Origin: a virus
Strand: one strand, 5' to 3'
IMG/VR virus record: IMGVR_UViG_3300005804_000111
Span: 66,689-91,251 of that record
Length of the DNA stretch: 24,563 nt
A program made the position numbers and the translations under genes. The notes under the pieces are model-generated. The model made no database searches. It worked only from the letters and a program-made list of their open reading frames with translations, and was not told the origin of the DNA. Positions 16,846 through 24,563 of this stretch are shown in pieces (position 1 is the stretch's first letter; each line of letters begins with the position of its first letter).

Positions 16846-17599
16846 CAAATGCCCCCTCATGATAGTTTTTATCGGCCAGCCCAATATCGTTTTTCTTTTT
16901 CTGCTCTTGCGGGAGCTTCGCCCAGTTTTCACGGACAGCTTTCATAAATGCAGAATCCCAATCCAAATAAACATACCCCCGCGCTTTTGCTGTCAGAACA
17001 AACGAATCGAAATGCTCTTTAAGCCGTGACTGTCCGTTTTTTTCAGCCCATGCTTTCACTCGATCAGAAATTGAAAAATCGTCAGGCAAGGGATATTTTT
17101 TCGGCGCTCTGCTTTTCGCGCTATCCTTTAATTTATTAGGAGAAGGAGAAGGATTAGGAGAAGGATTAGGAGAAGGGGGATTGCTCTTAGCATTACTTTC
17201 TGATGCTTGAGCATTGCTTGAGCATGGTTCTTTCTGAATATTAAGGCGTTTTTCCCAACGGGTCTTTGATGCTAACCTTGCCTTCTCGGAGCGCCTTTCA
17301 GCAGCAGCAGCATACGCATTGTGCTCATTCCAGCCATGCAGCAGCATCTTACCATCGATGCTACCGTCTACTAGCTTGATGCTAAAAAATGCTTGTAGCA
17401 ATGCTTGAGCATCGCCGTCAAATCCTGCCGCAATAGCGATGTCCTCGGCCTCCATTCCCGATAAATCTCCTGACGGTCTATTCTCTGCCGCCCATAGCCA
17501 GAGCGTGACAATAGGCTCCCATGATCCGATAACGCGCTTGAACTTGATGGTTTTAGGGTGTCTCGGAAATGTAGTCAAGAGCCGTATGTCTTTGTTCAT
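16838..17599 (-). CDS. phage replication initiator (replisome organizer)
   Basis: N-terminal HPKT..LWLWA domain, (S/N)P linker, C-terminal YLDWDSAF..W; followed by a DnaC-like loader; contains iterons. Confidence 0.8.
   Translation of the reverse strand: MNKDIRLLTTFPRHPKTIKFKRVIGSWEPIVTLWLWAAENRPSGDLSGMEAEDIAIAAGFDGDAQALLQAFFSIKLVDGSIDGKMLLHGWNEHNAYAAAAERRSEKARLASKTRWEKRLNIQKEPCSSNAQASESNAKSNPPSPNPSPNPSPSPNKLKDSAKSRAPKKYPLPDDFSISDRVKAWAEKNGQSRLKEHFDSFVLTAKARGYVYLDWDSAFMKAVRENWAKLPQEQKKKNDIGLADKNYHEGAFGE
17135..17178. repeat. 12-bp tandem repeat ATTAGGAGAAGG (about 3 copies plus a 6-bp unit) encoding the PSPN linker
   Basis: Read directly from the sequence; translates as NPPSPNPSPNPSPSPN. 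Confidence 0.85.
17181..17412. promoter_or_regulatory. putative replication origin iterons TGCT-N2-3-AGCA
   Basis: ATGCTTGAGCAT at 17203-17214 and 17401-17412, TGCTTGAGCAT at 17215-17225, ATGCTTGTAGCA at 17389-17400, TTGCTCTTAGCAT at 17181-17193. Confidence 0.65.
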
Positions 17600-17865
17600 T
17601 GAATGCCACCATGCTTCCTATACTTCCGATTGATAGCAGTTTCAAGATCGAGATTGTAATGGTGACAGAGTGACATCGCCGTAAGCACCAAATCTGCAAA
17701 CTCATCCTCGATTTCTTCCTTGACGGCCATGATGTTCACGGCTATTTGCAGTTCTTCAATCTCGATTTCGATGTCAGTAAGAGACTGTGCAAGCGTCCTG
17801 TCTCGGTAATATTTGCCCCGTTTGACGGCCAGAGCATGTACCTGTTCTTTACTCGGAATGTTCAT
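17596..17865 (-). CDS. MazG-like nucleotide pyrophosphohydrolase
   Basis: EIEEL..EIEDEFADLV..LDLETAINRK. Confidence 0.75.
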   Translation of the reverse strand: MNIPSKEQVHALAVKRGKYYRDRTLAQSLTDIEIEIEELQIAVNIMAVKEEIEDEFADLVLTAMSLCHHYNLDLETAINRKYRKHGGIQ

Positions 17866-18227
17866 AAATCTGCCCCCTGATAGTCATGATCATCATTTGA
17901 CCCTGAATCCTTTGGTGACAGAAAGCGCACGTTGCTTGCTACGATTTCATGTTTGCTCTTCTTCTGCCCTTCATGCTCCCAACGGCGCTGCCGCAAGCGC
18001 CCTTCGACTAAGGCGCGTTTCCCCTTGCTGAGATACTGTCCGCACGATTCAGCCTGTTTGCCGAAAATGATTGTGTCGATGAATAAGGTTTCTTCTTTCT
18101 GCTCTTCACCCTGTTTGTGCTTGCTCGTTACAGCAATGCACAAGGTTGCAACGGGAGTGCCGCCAGGCGTATAGCGTACCTCCGGGTCTTTGGTGAGATT
18201 GCCGATCAGGATAACCCGGTTAAACAT
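17862..18227 (-). CDS. ssb: single-stranded DNA-binding protein
   Basis: MFNRVILIGNLTKDPEVRYT..FGKQAE..LSKG..VEGRL; acidic tail; start at ATG 18227. Confidence 0.95.
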   Translation of the reverse strand: MFNRVILIGNLTKDPEVRYTPGGTPVATLCIAVTSKHKQGEEQKEETLFIDTIIFGKQAESCGQYLSKGKRALVEGRLRQRRWEHEGQKKSKHEIVASNVRFLSPKDSGSNDDHDYQGADL

Positions 18228-19251
18228 TGCTTTCCCCCTTCGCTTTGGCCTCGATTTTGGCACGAATTGATTTGTTGAGGGTGAAGAGTGCCTGATACTG
18301 TTCTGACGTGATATTGGCCTTTTGCTTGTTTACAATGGGCCATGTTTCATTCATTGTTTCAATGCTCATACTCTCCCCGGCTTGCTTAAGCATGTTGGCA
18401 AGCTCGTTGAACGTGTCCTCGCTGCCGGTGAACGGATCATCCGGGCCGGAATCAGTAGCCGTGAAATCGGCATCATGCGTTTCAGGTTTTTTATCGAACC
18501 GATCCATCATGTCAGAGGTTCTTGCGGCCTTGCGGTCTGCCTCAATGTCAATACCTTCATGCTCGTTCAACACGCTTACCGCAGTGCTCATTCGGTCTGT
18601 TTGCGGCAAGGTCTTGTAGTGATACTTCAGAATAGTTTTCCGGGCCATTTCATCGGGCCACTTGGCCCACGGACTGTACTCACCCTGCGCCTTGCTCGTT
18701 TCCTTTACCTTTCTGATGCGCCATGCCGGAAGAATCATATAATCCTTCATGCCGTCAGACAGCACGGCGATGCTGAACGCGCATACAAAATACTTCCAAA
18801 ACGAAGCTGTAGGATTTTTTGTGAACTCTTCCGGGGGATTCATGCAACGCTTGAAATGCACGCGCTGATCCGTACCCTCTTCGTAATCAAACTCATCGAA
18901 GCTGTAGACGATTGAAGCCTGAATGGATTTGACGCCGCCTGAATCAGTGGCAATTTTCAGCAATCCGCGATAACTGAAGTCCAGACAGCATTTCCCGTCA
19001 CGCGGGACGAGATATGCCTGAGCCATTGCCGGATTAAGTGTTGTGCCAGTCATTGCCACATTGACGATTGCGTTGCGAATACTGTCAGGATTTGCTTTCT
19101 GCAAAAGCTCGTTGCTCCTGAGCGTCTGCATTGCAAATTCGATTTCACTGAGCCATGTTTTTTCGTCCGCAAGCGAAAGAAACGTATCCTTAGCAGACTT
19201 CGCCATGATTTCAAATCGCGGTAAATTTTTGGTTGTCAATTCGTCTGCCAT
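18220..19251 (-). CDS. recT: RecT-family single-strand annealing protein
   Basis: LNPAMAQAYLVP, SYRGLLKIA, SPWAKWPDEMARKT. Confidence 0.9.
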   Translation of the reverse strand: MADELTTKNLPRFEIMAKSAKDTFLSLADEKTWLSEIEFAMQTLRSNELLQKANPDSIRNAIVNVAMTGTTLNPAMAQAYLVPRDGKCCLDFSYRGLLKIATDSGGVKSIQASIVYSFDEFDYEEGTDQRVHFKRCMNPPEEFTKNPTASFWKYFVCAFSIAVLSDGMKDYMILPAWRIRKVKETSKAQGEYSPWAKWPDEMARKTILKYHYKTLPQTDRMSTAVSVLNEHEGIDIEADRKAARTSDMMDRFDKKPETHDADFTATDSGPDDPFTGSEDTFNELANMLKQAGESMSIETMNETWPIVNKQKANITSEQYQALFTLNKSIRAKIEAKAKGESNV

Positions 19252-19263
19252 GCGTTATTCCTT

Positions 19264-20103
19264 TCAATCAGGATTGGTGTAATACTTCGGGGGATACAGG
19301 TATACAACGCCCTCTTCCCGGTGCCGTGGATAAAAGCCCTGATCGCGGCATCGTTTTTCGAGCTTGAGCAACTGATGATATTCGGTCAGGCCGCCCTCGA
19401 TAAATTCCGGCGTCATGTCAAAAACCCTGACCGGATGCGGCGGCTCTTTCTCGACACAGATGAATGCAAATTTGTCGATGATCCGGCCAGTAACTCGCAT
19501 GTATCCCTCGCGGTACATTGCCGCCTGCCGGTGATACCCATAAGACAGACACGAACGCTGAAAAGCGTGCTCGTCGATGCTCTGGACGGTTTTCAGGTCG
19601 CACATGACGCCGTGATTACCACGCGGGATCAAATCGGGACGACACTTGCAACGAATCCCGGTTGTGTCGTCAGCCCAAACAACTGTTTGTTCACAATCAC
19701 CGTCGGCAAGAAGCATCCGGGCAGATTTGTGCGAAAGAATTGACCGCGCCATTTCCGCAATCGTCTGGTAGTCAGCTTCGGTAATGATCGCCAAGCCTGA
19801 GTTTTCAGCCTCGAATTTTTCAGCATCGGCCTTGCCCTGTTTCGTGCGCCGGTCAAATTTCGGGGAGATTGCAAACTCGATTTCAAACATTTCTGTTTCA
19901 AGCACAAGGCAATGCAACGCCCGGCCAAGCACCAGAGCATTCGTTTCTTCCATCGGAATCAAGGTTGCTGCCGGGACATGCTTCAGGCGCGTGAGATATG
20001 AATTGCTCACGATGTCATGCGGCAACTGGCCATGATATTCGCCATGAGTAATGTCCTGATACAAACCCGGCTGAATGTTCGTGAAGTCTTTCTGTGCCGT
20101 CAT
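19264..20103 (-). CDS. RecE-like (DUF3799/ExoVIII C-terminal) PD-(D/E)xK exonuclease
   Basis: LGRALHCLVLE, DRRTKQGK, CKCRPD, DLKT, YGYHRQAAMY, FICVEKEPP; paired with recT. Confidence 0.9.
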   Translation of the reverse strand: MTAQKDFTNIQPGLYQDITHGEYHGQLPHDIVSNSYLTRLKHVPAATLIPMEETNALVLGRALHCLVLETEMFEIEFAISPKFDRRTKQGKADAEKFEAENSGLAIITEADYQTIAEMARSILSHKSARMLLADGDCEQTVVWADDTTGIRCKCRPDLIPRGNHGVMCDLKTVQSIDEHAFQRSCLSYGYHRQAAMYREGYMRVTGRIIDKFAFICVEKEPPHPVRVFDMTPEFIEGGLTEYHQLLKLEKRCRDQGFYPRHREEGVVYLYPPKYYTNPD

Positions 20104-20246
20104 TTTTTTTCGTCCAAAAGGATTATTTCAAGCTCCCCGTTGTACTTAAAATCAACGGCTACGACCTCTTTCCCTTCGATGGCAACCTTTGGGAGAATCT
20201 GTTTAAAAAGCTCTTTTGCTTCGTATTCATCGAGAATTATTTTCAC
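20100..20246 (-). CDS. 48-aa hypothetical protein (below the ORF-track cutoff)
   Basis: GTG start after a G-rich RBS: MKIILDEYEAKELFKQILPKVAIEGKEVVAVDFKYNGELEIILLDEKK; ATGA overlap with the exonuclease. Confidence 0.65.
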   Translation of the reverse strand: MKIILDEYEAKELFKQILPKVAIEGKEVVAVDFKYNGELEIILLDEKK

Positions 20247-20270
20247 GCGCCCCCCTAGCTCGTTATTTCT

Positions 20271-20477
20271 TCATTTTTGATTGTCTTTTTCATGATATGT
20301 TCCCTCCGATTCGGCCACGTCTTTCAGTAAGCCGAGCAAAACTGTTCTTACGTTCTGCCAGCGTGCAATACGCTTGCGGCGATTCTCCGGCGTAAGATTC
20401 AACGCCACTTCAAGGAATGAAAGCTCATGGTCGATTGTCTCGATTGCCTCCCTCAATTCGTACTTGCTTGGCGTCAT
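20271..20477 (-). CDS. hypothetical early protein
   Basis: 68 aa helical; ATGA overlap with the upstream ORF. Confidence 0.55.
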   Translation of the reverse strand: MTPSKYELREAIETIDHELSFLEVALNLTPENRRKRIARWQNVRTVLLGLLKDVAESEGTYHEKDNQK

Positions 20478-20701
20478 TCCTTGCCCCCTTCGTTAATAAA
20501 TAAGCTGCGGTACTTCTCTGCAAAATTCCCCGGCTTGCACACTTTTGCGTCAGTGCTCGACGTACTCCCGTTGCAACGGCACCCCGTAAAGCCTCTATCT
20601 CGAATCATCGCGCATGTCTCAGGACTCGGAACCATGCTCGATTTATCGTCCCGCATTGTTGCGTGCAACATGCCCCCGGTAATCAATGTGCATTTTTTCA
20701 A
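20474..20701 (-). CDS. Cys-rich hypothetical early protein
   Basis: 75 aa ORF with TTG start; its stop is coupled to the next gene. Confidence 0.4.
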   Translation of the reverse strand: MKKCTLITGGMLHATMRDDKSSMVPSPETCAMIRDRGFTGCRCNGSTSSTDAKVCKPGNFAEKYRSLFINEGGKE

Positions 20702-20735
20702 AGTGAATCTCCCGGCCTTGCCACGCCTTGCCCAG

Positions 20736-20918
20736 TCATTTCAAAGCACCCTTCAGCTTCATACAGGGTGAAACACGCGTACACGTCTTGATTTCGTGAA
20801 TACTCGCCTTGCAGATATGACAGCAGTATGCAAGTAATTTTGCCCGATCCTCAGATATGCCGGATTCCGTCATGATCGCAACCCGCTCATCGAAAGATTC
20901 TTTTTCATAAATATTCAC
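20736..20918 (-). CDS. hypothetical early protein (FDERxAIM motif)
   Basis: GTG 20918 in a GTGA overlap; SFDERVAIMTESGISEDRA matches a recurrent small phage domain; Cys-rich tail. Confidence 0.55.
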   Translation of the reverse strand: MNIYEKESFDERVAIMTESGISEDRAKLLAYCCHICKASIHEIKTCTRVSPCMKLKGALK

Positions 20919-21271
20919 GCACTCGCCCCAGTGTAGTGCGGTGAGTATGGACTCAAACCGTTGCGGCAACGGCGTTTCCGGCTCTTCGTTTCGCGCACGG
21001 TGTCCTGTCCCTTCATCGCTCGTTGAAATCGGGAAACGCGCTGACGGACAGGCTTCGTAATGCCGAGCTTTTTGATGATGTTTTTGCCTTGATTGCAATC
21101 AAGGCATTCAGCACAGAGAATCGCGCCGTCTACGTTGTCCCAATTCCGCCGCTTCTTTGATCGAATTGAGCCGCTTGCTGCCTGTTGACGCCGAATACAA
21201 GTAATGTAATGAAGCCCCTTGCAAACGAGCGCCCGGCAATGAAATGCAGTATGCAGAAGATCGTCGCTCAT
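20915..21271 (-). CDS. basic Cys-rich hypothetical early protein
   Basis: 118 aa with CAECLDC; coupled at both ends. Confidence 0.55.
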   Translation of the reverse strand: MSDDLLHTAFHCRALVCKGLHYITCIRRQQAASGSIRSKKRRNWDNVDGAILCAECLDCNQGKNIIKKLGITKPVRQRVSRFQRAMKGQDTVRETKSRKRRCRNGLSPYSPHYTGASA

Positions 21272-21555
21272 TTCTTTTTCCTCGTTGTCGATTCGATACC
21301 AGCAATTGAAGGATCAAAAAGTGTGACGCTGTATAAGTAGGGATTACGAGGTTCATGTTTCTCAAACCAGAAGGGGCCGACCTGAAATAACGTGCTCTTA
21401 TTTGCACGATTATAGGTAAATACTTGCCGGAAATGCTCGAATGTCTTTTTTGTGTATCCATCATATGTCGCGCCAACGCCATAAAAATAGCCAAGCAGTC
21501 CGAAAAATGCTGCAATCAAAATGCACAATGCAAGGTCGCCTTTTGTCTTTATCAT
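21268..21555 (-). CDS. single-TM hypothetical early protein
   Basis: GGAGG RBS before ATG 21555; TM segment LALCILIAAFFGLLGYFYGV. Confidence 0.55.
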   Translation of the reverse strand: MIKTKGDLALCILIAAFFGLLGYFYGVGATYDGYTKKTFEHFRQVFTYNRANKSTLFQVGPFWFEKHEPRNPYLYSVTLFDPSIAGIESTTRKKK

Positions 21556-21688
21556 TGACATCCTCCAATTATTTCAGTTTGTTTCTGCCGTGGTTAGGCT
21601 CTTGAGGGGCGACCAAGCCGCCCCCGAAGAGTGCTGCACTTGCTCAATCTTTCGCGCTTGTACTGCACCCGCGAATGGTGCTTGCCGA

Positions 21689-21964
21689 TTAAAACAAATC
21701 GACTAGCCGGTACTGAAAAACTCCCTTACGGATCGGCTTACACTCAACATTGATCCCATTTTCGCGCAGCTCTTTTGCAATGCTGTTGACCGCGCATACA
21801 TCTGCCTGACGCACGATTTCGCGTGTCGTTTTGGGGCCGGACAGGAGCAATTCGTAGACACGCTGCAAACGAGGGCTATTCTCAATCTTCGCGGCATGGA
21901 TTTTTCCAGTGCTGTCAGACAAGTGCTGCCACCTTTCTTGCACGCTTGGCGAATACTTCATCAA
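21689..21964 (-). CDS. winged helix-turn-helix protein
   Basis: RLQRVYELLLSGPKTTREIVRQADVCAVNSIAKELRENGINVEC..YRL; start uncertain. Confidence 0.65.
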   Translation of the reverse strand: MMKYSPSVQERWQHLSDSTGKIHAAKIENSPRLQRVYELLLSGPKTTREIVRQADVCAVNSIAKELRENGINVECKPIRKGVFQYRLVDLF

Positions 21965-22184
21965 TAATGGTCTTCACCATCTGTTTGTTTGCGTGCTTGC
22001 GGATTTCGATATTCGCGTACTTATTGCGCTTGGCCTCAGACAATGCGGCCAGATATTTTTCGACCTCTTCAAGAATATGCTTCCGGGGCCGGGAGAACGC
22101 GCCCCATTTCGGAGCATGTTCAGCGATGAAGTGCTTGGACACTTTGAAACGCTCAATGATTTCCTGATCCGTCACAATAGTCAT
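21915..22184 (-). CDS. Cro/excisionase-like small DNA-binding protein
   Basis: First convincing ORF divergent from the repressor; MTIVTDQEIIERFKVSKHFI resembles a Xis/MerR-like HTH start. Confidence 0.5.
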   Translation of the reverse strand: MTIVTDQEIIERFKVSKHFIAEHAPKWGAFSRPRKHILEEVEKYLAALSEAKRNKYANIEIRKHANKQMVKTIIDEVFAKRARKVAALV

Positions 22185-22416
22185 GGGCGAGCCTCATATG
22201 AAAGTTTCGTGCCAAATAGTATGATTAAAATAAATAATACCCGACACAAAAAAATAGTGATTGATTTTCGTCGTTGTAGGTGCTACGATGAAATCAGAAA
22301 GGGAAGGCCCGGAGGTGTTGCGATGATGATTTTCTGTCGGTTTATTGACATGAACCATACCACGTCCGGGCCGGTGAGGAATCCTATTTTTGAACCGTAT
22401 CATCATCGCTGTTCTG

Positions 22417-22446
22417 ATGATAGCATGATGTTGCGCACTATTGCAA
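22417..22446 (-). promoter_or_regulatory. early lytic promoter (leftward)
   Basis: TTGCAA (22446-22441), 18-nt spacer, extended -10 TG-C-TATCAT (22422-22417); overlapped by ATnTTnCGCACTAT repeats. Confidence 0.55.
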
Positions 22447-22514
22447 GTGATATTTCGCACTATAAGAAAAACAAATACTCATTTTCCTGCATATTATGGG
22501 GATCGTTCGTATTA

Positions 22515-22548
22515 TTGAATTTAGACCGCAAATGTAACATAATGCGGT
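22515..22548 (+). promoter_or_regulatory. repressor promoter (leaderless transcript) with an overlapping inverted repeat
   Basis: TTGAAT (22515-22520), 17-nt spacer, CATAAT (22538-22543), then 5 nt and ATG 22549; ACCGCA-N12-TGCGGT at 22525-22548. Confidence 0.6.
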
Positions 22549-23163
22549 ATGGAACAGCGAGATAAGTTTATGGAGAGACTTGCAGAATTGATGAAAGAGC
22601 GCAACGTATCGCAGTACAGGCTTGCAAAGGATTTGCAGATTCCAAGCACAACGATCAATTCGTGGTTTCGGAGAAGCAAGGGCAAGCGAATCACTCCATC
22701 ATACGATAACCTGAAAGCCGTCGCTGATTATTTCGGGGTAACCCCGGAATTTCTGCAATACGGATCAGGCAATGAGATTGACGGAAAGCCTATTGTAAAA
22801 CTCCCGGTAGTAAAAAGGATGCCGAAAAACGGGCCGGACAAAGAGCCAGATGTTATTGATGAATATATTTGTCTGCCGGATACCGCACGTGGGTCTTGTT
22901 GCCTGAAAGTCAAGGACGGAGCCATGTCGCCGCAGATCGAGCGGGGAAGTTACGTTGTATTCGTCCCGGCCACACAATGCAGCATGAATGAAGTGGTCAT
23001 TATAAATAATGAATGGGGAGATTCGGTTGTCAGGCGGTACAGGATCAGGGACGGTGTAATATCATACGCCGCTGACAACCCGGAGTATCCATCATTAACC
23101 CCGGCTGAAGGATATTATATTGTCGGGAGAGTTACCGATATATGGATAAGGAGAGAACCATGA
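22549..23163 (+). CDS. CI-like repressor (XRE HTH plus S24-like C-terminal domain)
   Basis: SQYRLAKDLQIPSTTINSW..PSYDNLKAVADYFGVTPEFL; C-terminal CLKVKDGAMSP..ADNPEYP..IVGRV. Confidence 0.9.
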   Translation: MEQRDKFMERLAELMKERNVSQYRLAKDLQIPSTTINSWFRRSKGKRITPSYDNLKAVADYFGVTPEFLQYGSGNEIDGKPIVKLPVVKRMPKNGPDKEPDVIDEYICLPDTARGSCCLKVKDGAMSPQIERGSYVVFVPATQCSMNEVVIINNEWGDSVVRRYRIRDGVISYAADNPEYPSLTPAEGYYIVGRVTDIWIRREP

Positions 23164-23438
23164 AGAAGATATTGACAGTGCTTGTAACGTGCCTTGCAAT
23201 AGGATCATCAGCAATGGCCGCGCAGGATGATAATGTGAGAATCTACGATACCAATACTGTTTCTGCCTTTATTAACAAAAATATCGAGATACTTGATAGC
23301 AACTGGAACAAAGCCCGGAAGTGCTCAGAGGCAAGGGAGAATCAGAAAATAATGGATGGGATATATATGAACACTGATGAAGCAAACGCAAAGCGTATTG
23401 CTGAATCGCGCCGGATGATAAACAACTATTGCAGGTAA
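23160..23438 (+). CDS. small secreted/periplasmic protein
   Basis: ATGA overlap with the repressor stop; signal peptide MKKILTVLVTCLAIGSSAMA-A; two Cys in the mature part. Confidence 0.7.
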   Translation: MKKILTVLVTCLAIGSSAMAAQDDNVRIYDTNTVSAFINKNIEILDSNWNKARKCSEARENQKIMDGIYMNTDEANAKRIAESRRMINNYCR

Positions 23439-23444
23439 CTAGGC

Positions 23445-24563
23445 ATGTCATACAAGCGCGGCAAGTCGTGGGTTATCGACATCGAGCTTGGCGGGGAGCG
23501 GATCAATCGCAAGGGCGGCAGCACAAAAAAAGAGGCCGACGCCCTCGAAGCTGACCTAAAATCTGCATACCGGCGCAAAAGGCTGAACCTTGAAGCAATC
23601 AAGGGCGATTATGTACCGGTGCTCTTCGGTGTCCTTGCGGTTGACTATTTCGAGCACGCCAAGCTGACAAAACACCCGCGAACTTACGACATGGAGAAGT
23701 CATATTACAGCGTGCATCTTTCGACATGCCTTAACGGTAAGCTGTTCGATCAGATCAACAATGAATTGTTACTCACTCTGCAAGGGCATTTGAAAAAGTC
23801 CCTTGCGAACAGAAGCGTTAATATCTGCATCGGAATCGTCAGAAAAATCATCAATCATGCCGTCACAAAAAAGGCGGTTGAAAAACCTGTTCTGAAATAT
23901 CCACTCCTGAGAGAATCGAAAAAACTCCATGCGTTTCTGACCTTCGATGAATACGAACGCCTGTCAAAATCACCAGAGGGCGGGATGATCGTCAAGCGCA
24001 TCATTGTTGGACGCAATACCGGGATGCGCCCGGCTGAACTTGCGTACCTGACCACGCATGACCTTGATTTCGAGAATCGAACAATAAAAATTCAGGGGAA
24101 AAAAGGTATCTGGCAACCCAAGACAAATGAGGAACGCCTGATCCCCATGAACGAGACAACATTCAACGTCCTGAAAGACCTCTGCCAAGAGAAGCGCAAG
24201 GGGCCGTGGATTTTCTCGAAACGGAAGCAACCCATAGTGGACATAGGGAAATCCCTGGCGAACGCGGCAAGGGCCGCAGAGATCGCCAGAAACGTGACTC
24301 CGAACATGCTGCGCCACACGTTTGCAACTCACGCGCTGATGAAGGGGGCAGACCTGAAAAGCGTTCAAACGCTCATGGGACACGCAGACATTGAGACAAC
24401 GGCAAAATATCTGCATAGCATCAGGGAATACGAGCAAAAGGCCGTGAATTTGCTTGAAGATAAAAATTGTCCCGACAAACTCCCGACATCGGGCAAAAAA
24501 AAGAGCCGGTCTAAAACCGGCTCAAATCGTTGTGTGAGTAAGAAAGCGGGCGACGGGATTTGA
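23445..24563 (+). CDS. int: tyrosine recombinase/integrase
   Basis: Arm-binding-like N-terminus; TGMRPAEL, PKT, TPNMLRHTFAT (Asn in place of the usual box II His), MGHADIETTAKY. Confidence 0.95.
   Translation: MSYKRGKSWVIDIELGGERINRKGGSTKKEADALEADLKSAYRRKRLNLEAIKGDYVPVLFGVLAVDYFEHAKLTKHPRTYDMEKSYYSVHLSTCLNGKLFDQINNELLLTLQGHLKKSLANRSVNICIGIVRKIINHAVTKKAVEKPVLKYPLLRESKKLHAFLTFDEYERLSKSPEGGMIVKRIIVGRNTGMRPAELAYLTTHDLDFENRTIKIQGKKGIWQPKTNEERLIPMNETTFNVLKDLCQEKRKGPWIFSKRKQPIVDIGKSLANAARAAEIARNVTPNMLRHTFATHALMKGADLKSVQTLMGHADIETTAKYLHSIREYEQKAVNLLEDKNCPDKLPTSGKKKSRSKTGSNRCVSKKAGDGI
24470..24488. repeat. direct repeat TCCCGACA x2 (candidate integrase arm-type sites)
   Basis: 24470-24477 and 24481-24488, 11-bp period, about 60 bp from the att core. 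Confidence 0.5.
24495..24523 (-). terminator. intrinsic terminator downstream of the tRNA/att
   Basis: Minus strand GAGCCGGT-TTTAG-ACCGGCTC followed by T8. Confidence 0.75.
24545..24563 (-). tRNA. 3' fragment of a probable tRNA-Gly (att core), truncated by the window
   Basis: Minus strand TCAAAT-CCCGT-CGCCCGC-T reads as T-loop, T-stem 3' side, acceptor-stem 3' side and a U73 discriminator typical of bacterial tRNA-Gly; CCA not encoded. Only 19 nt are visible. Confidence 0.65.

Larger units (their letters stand above)
1..24563. mobile_element. temperate phage/prophage (partial, att-proximal end)
   Basis: Integrase, repressor, recombination, replication, packaging, head and lysis modules in phage order, ending at a tRNA-like att. 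Confidence 0.95.

Noticed and set aside
17135-17412. Repeats as a possible CRISPR array
   Set aside because: Units are 11-13 bp without regular unique spacers and lie in coding sequence; no cas genes.
1754-20771. Many plus-strand ORFs of 60-212 aa (e.g. 10663..11301, 18322..18915)
   Set aside because: All are antisense to coupled, motif-bearing minus-strand genes.
21909-22565. 218-aa plus-strand ORF and the 88-aa minus ORF 22194..22460
   Set aside because: They span promoter/operator DNA or lie antisense to a better gene; no RBS or recognisable domain.
24295-24320. Integrase inactive because box II reads NMLRH instead of HxLRH
   Set aside because: This His is the most variable catalytic position in tyrosine recombinases; the Arg, Lys, Arg, His and Tyr residues are intact.

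Overview
The window is the att-proximal ~24.5 kb of a temperate tailed phage (prophage) of a Gram-negative host (two-component spanins; the SSB resembles Nitrospirota/deltaproteobacterial types, by impression only). At the right end, on the + strand, are a CI-like repressor, a small secreted protein and a tyrosine integrase whose stop codon sits in what looks like the 3' end of a tRNA-Gly (att core). Everything else is one long, translationally coupled - strand run. It starts with early small ORFs, a RecE/RecT-like pair, SSB, MazG-like, replication initiator with internal iterons, DnaC-like loader, RusA and a putative late regulator. A late promoter and terminator follow, then TerS, TerL, portal, prohead protease, scaffold and major capsid protein, a 4-gene modification cassette, the lysis genes, and virion accessory/fibre genes. 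The last of these is a LamG+SPRY ORF (<1..1134) missed by the ORF track. The best candidate for a new system is directly behind the capsid gene: a C2H2-finger protein, a GT9 (heptosyltransferase-family) glycosyltransferase carrying two N-terminal copies of that same protein's domain, a class I SAM methyltransferase and a TylF-family sugar O-methyltransferase. This looks like a virion-targeted glycosylation and methylation module. The capsid precursor also carries an unexpected N-terminal signal/membrane-anchor segment, and the head proteins share a repeated hydrophobic-K/R-Q motif. All calls come from motif recognition and gene order by eye; no database searches were run.
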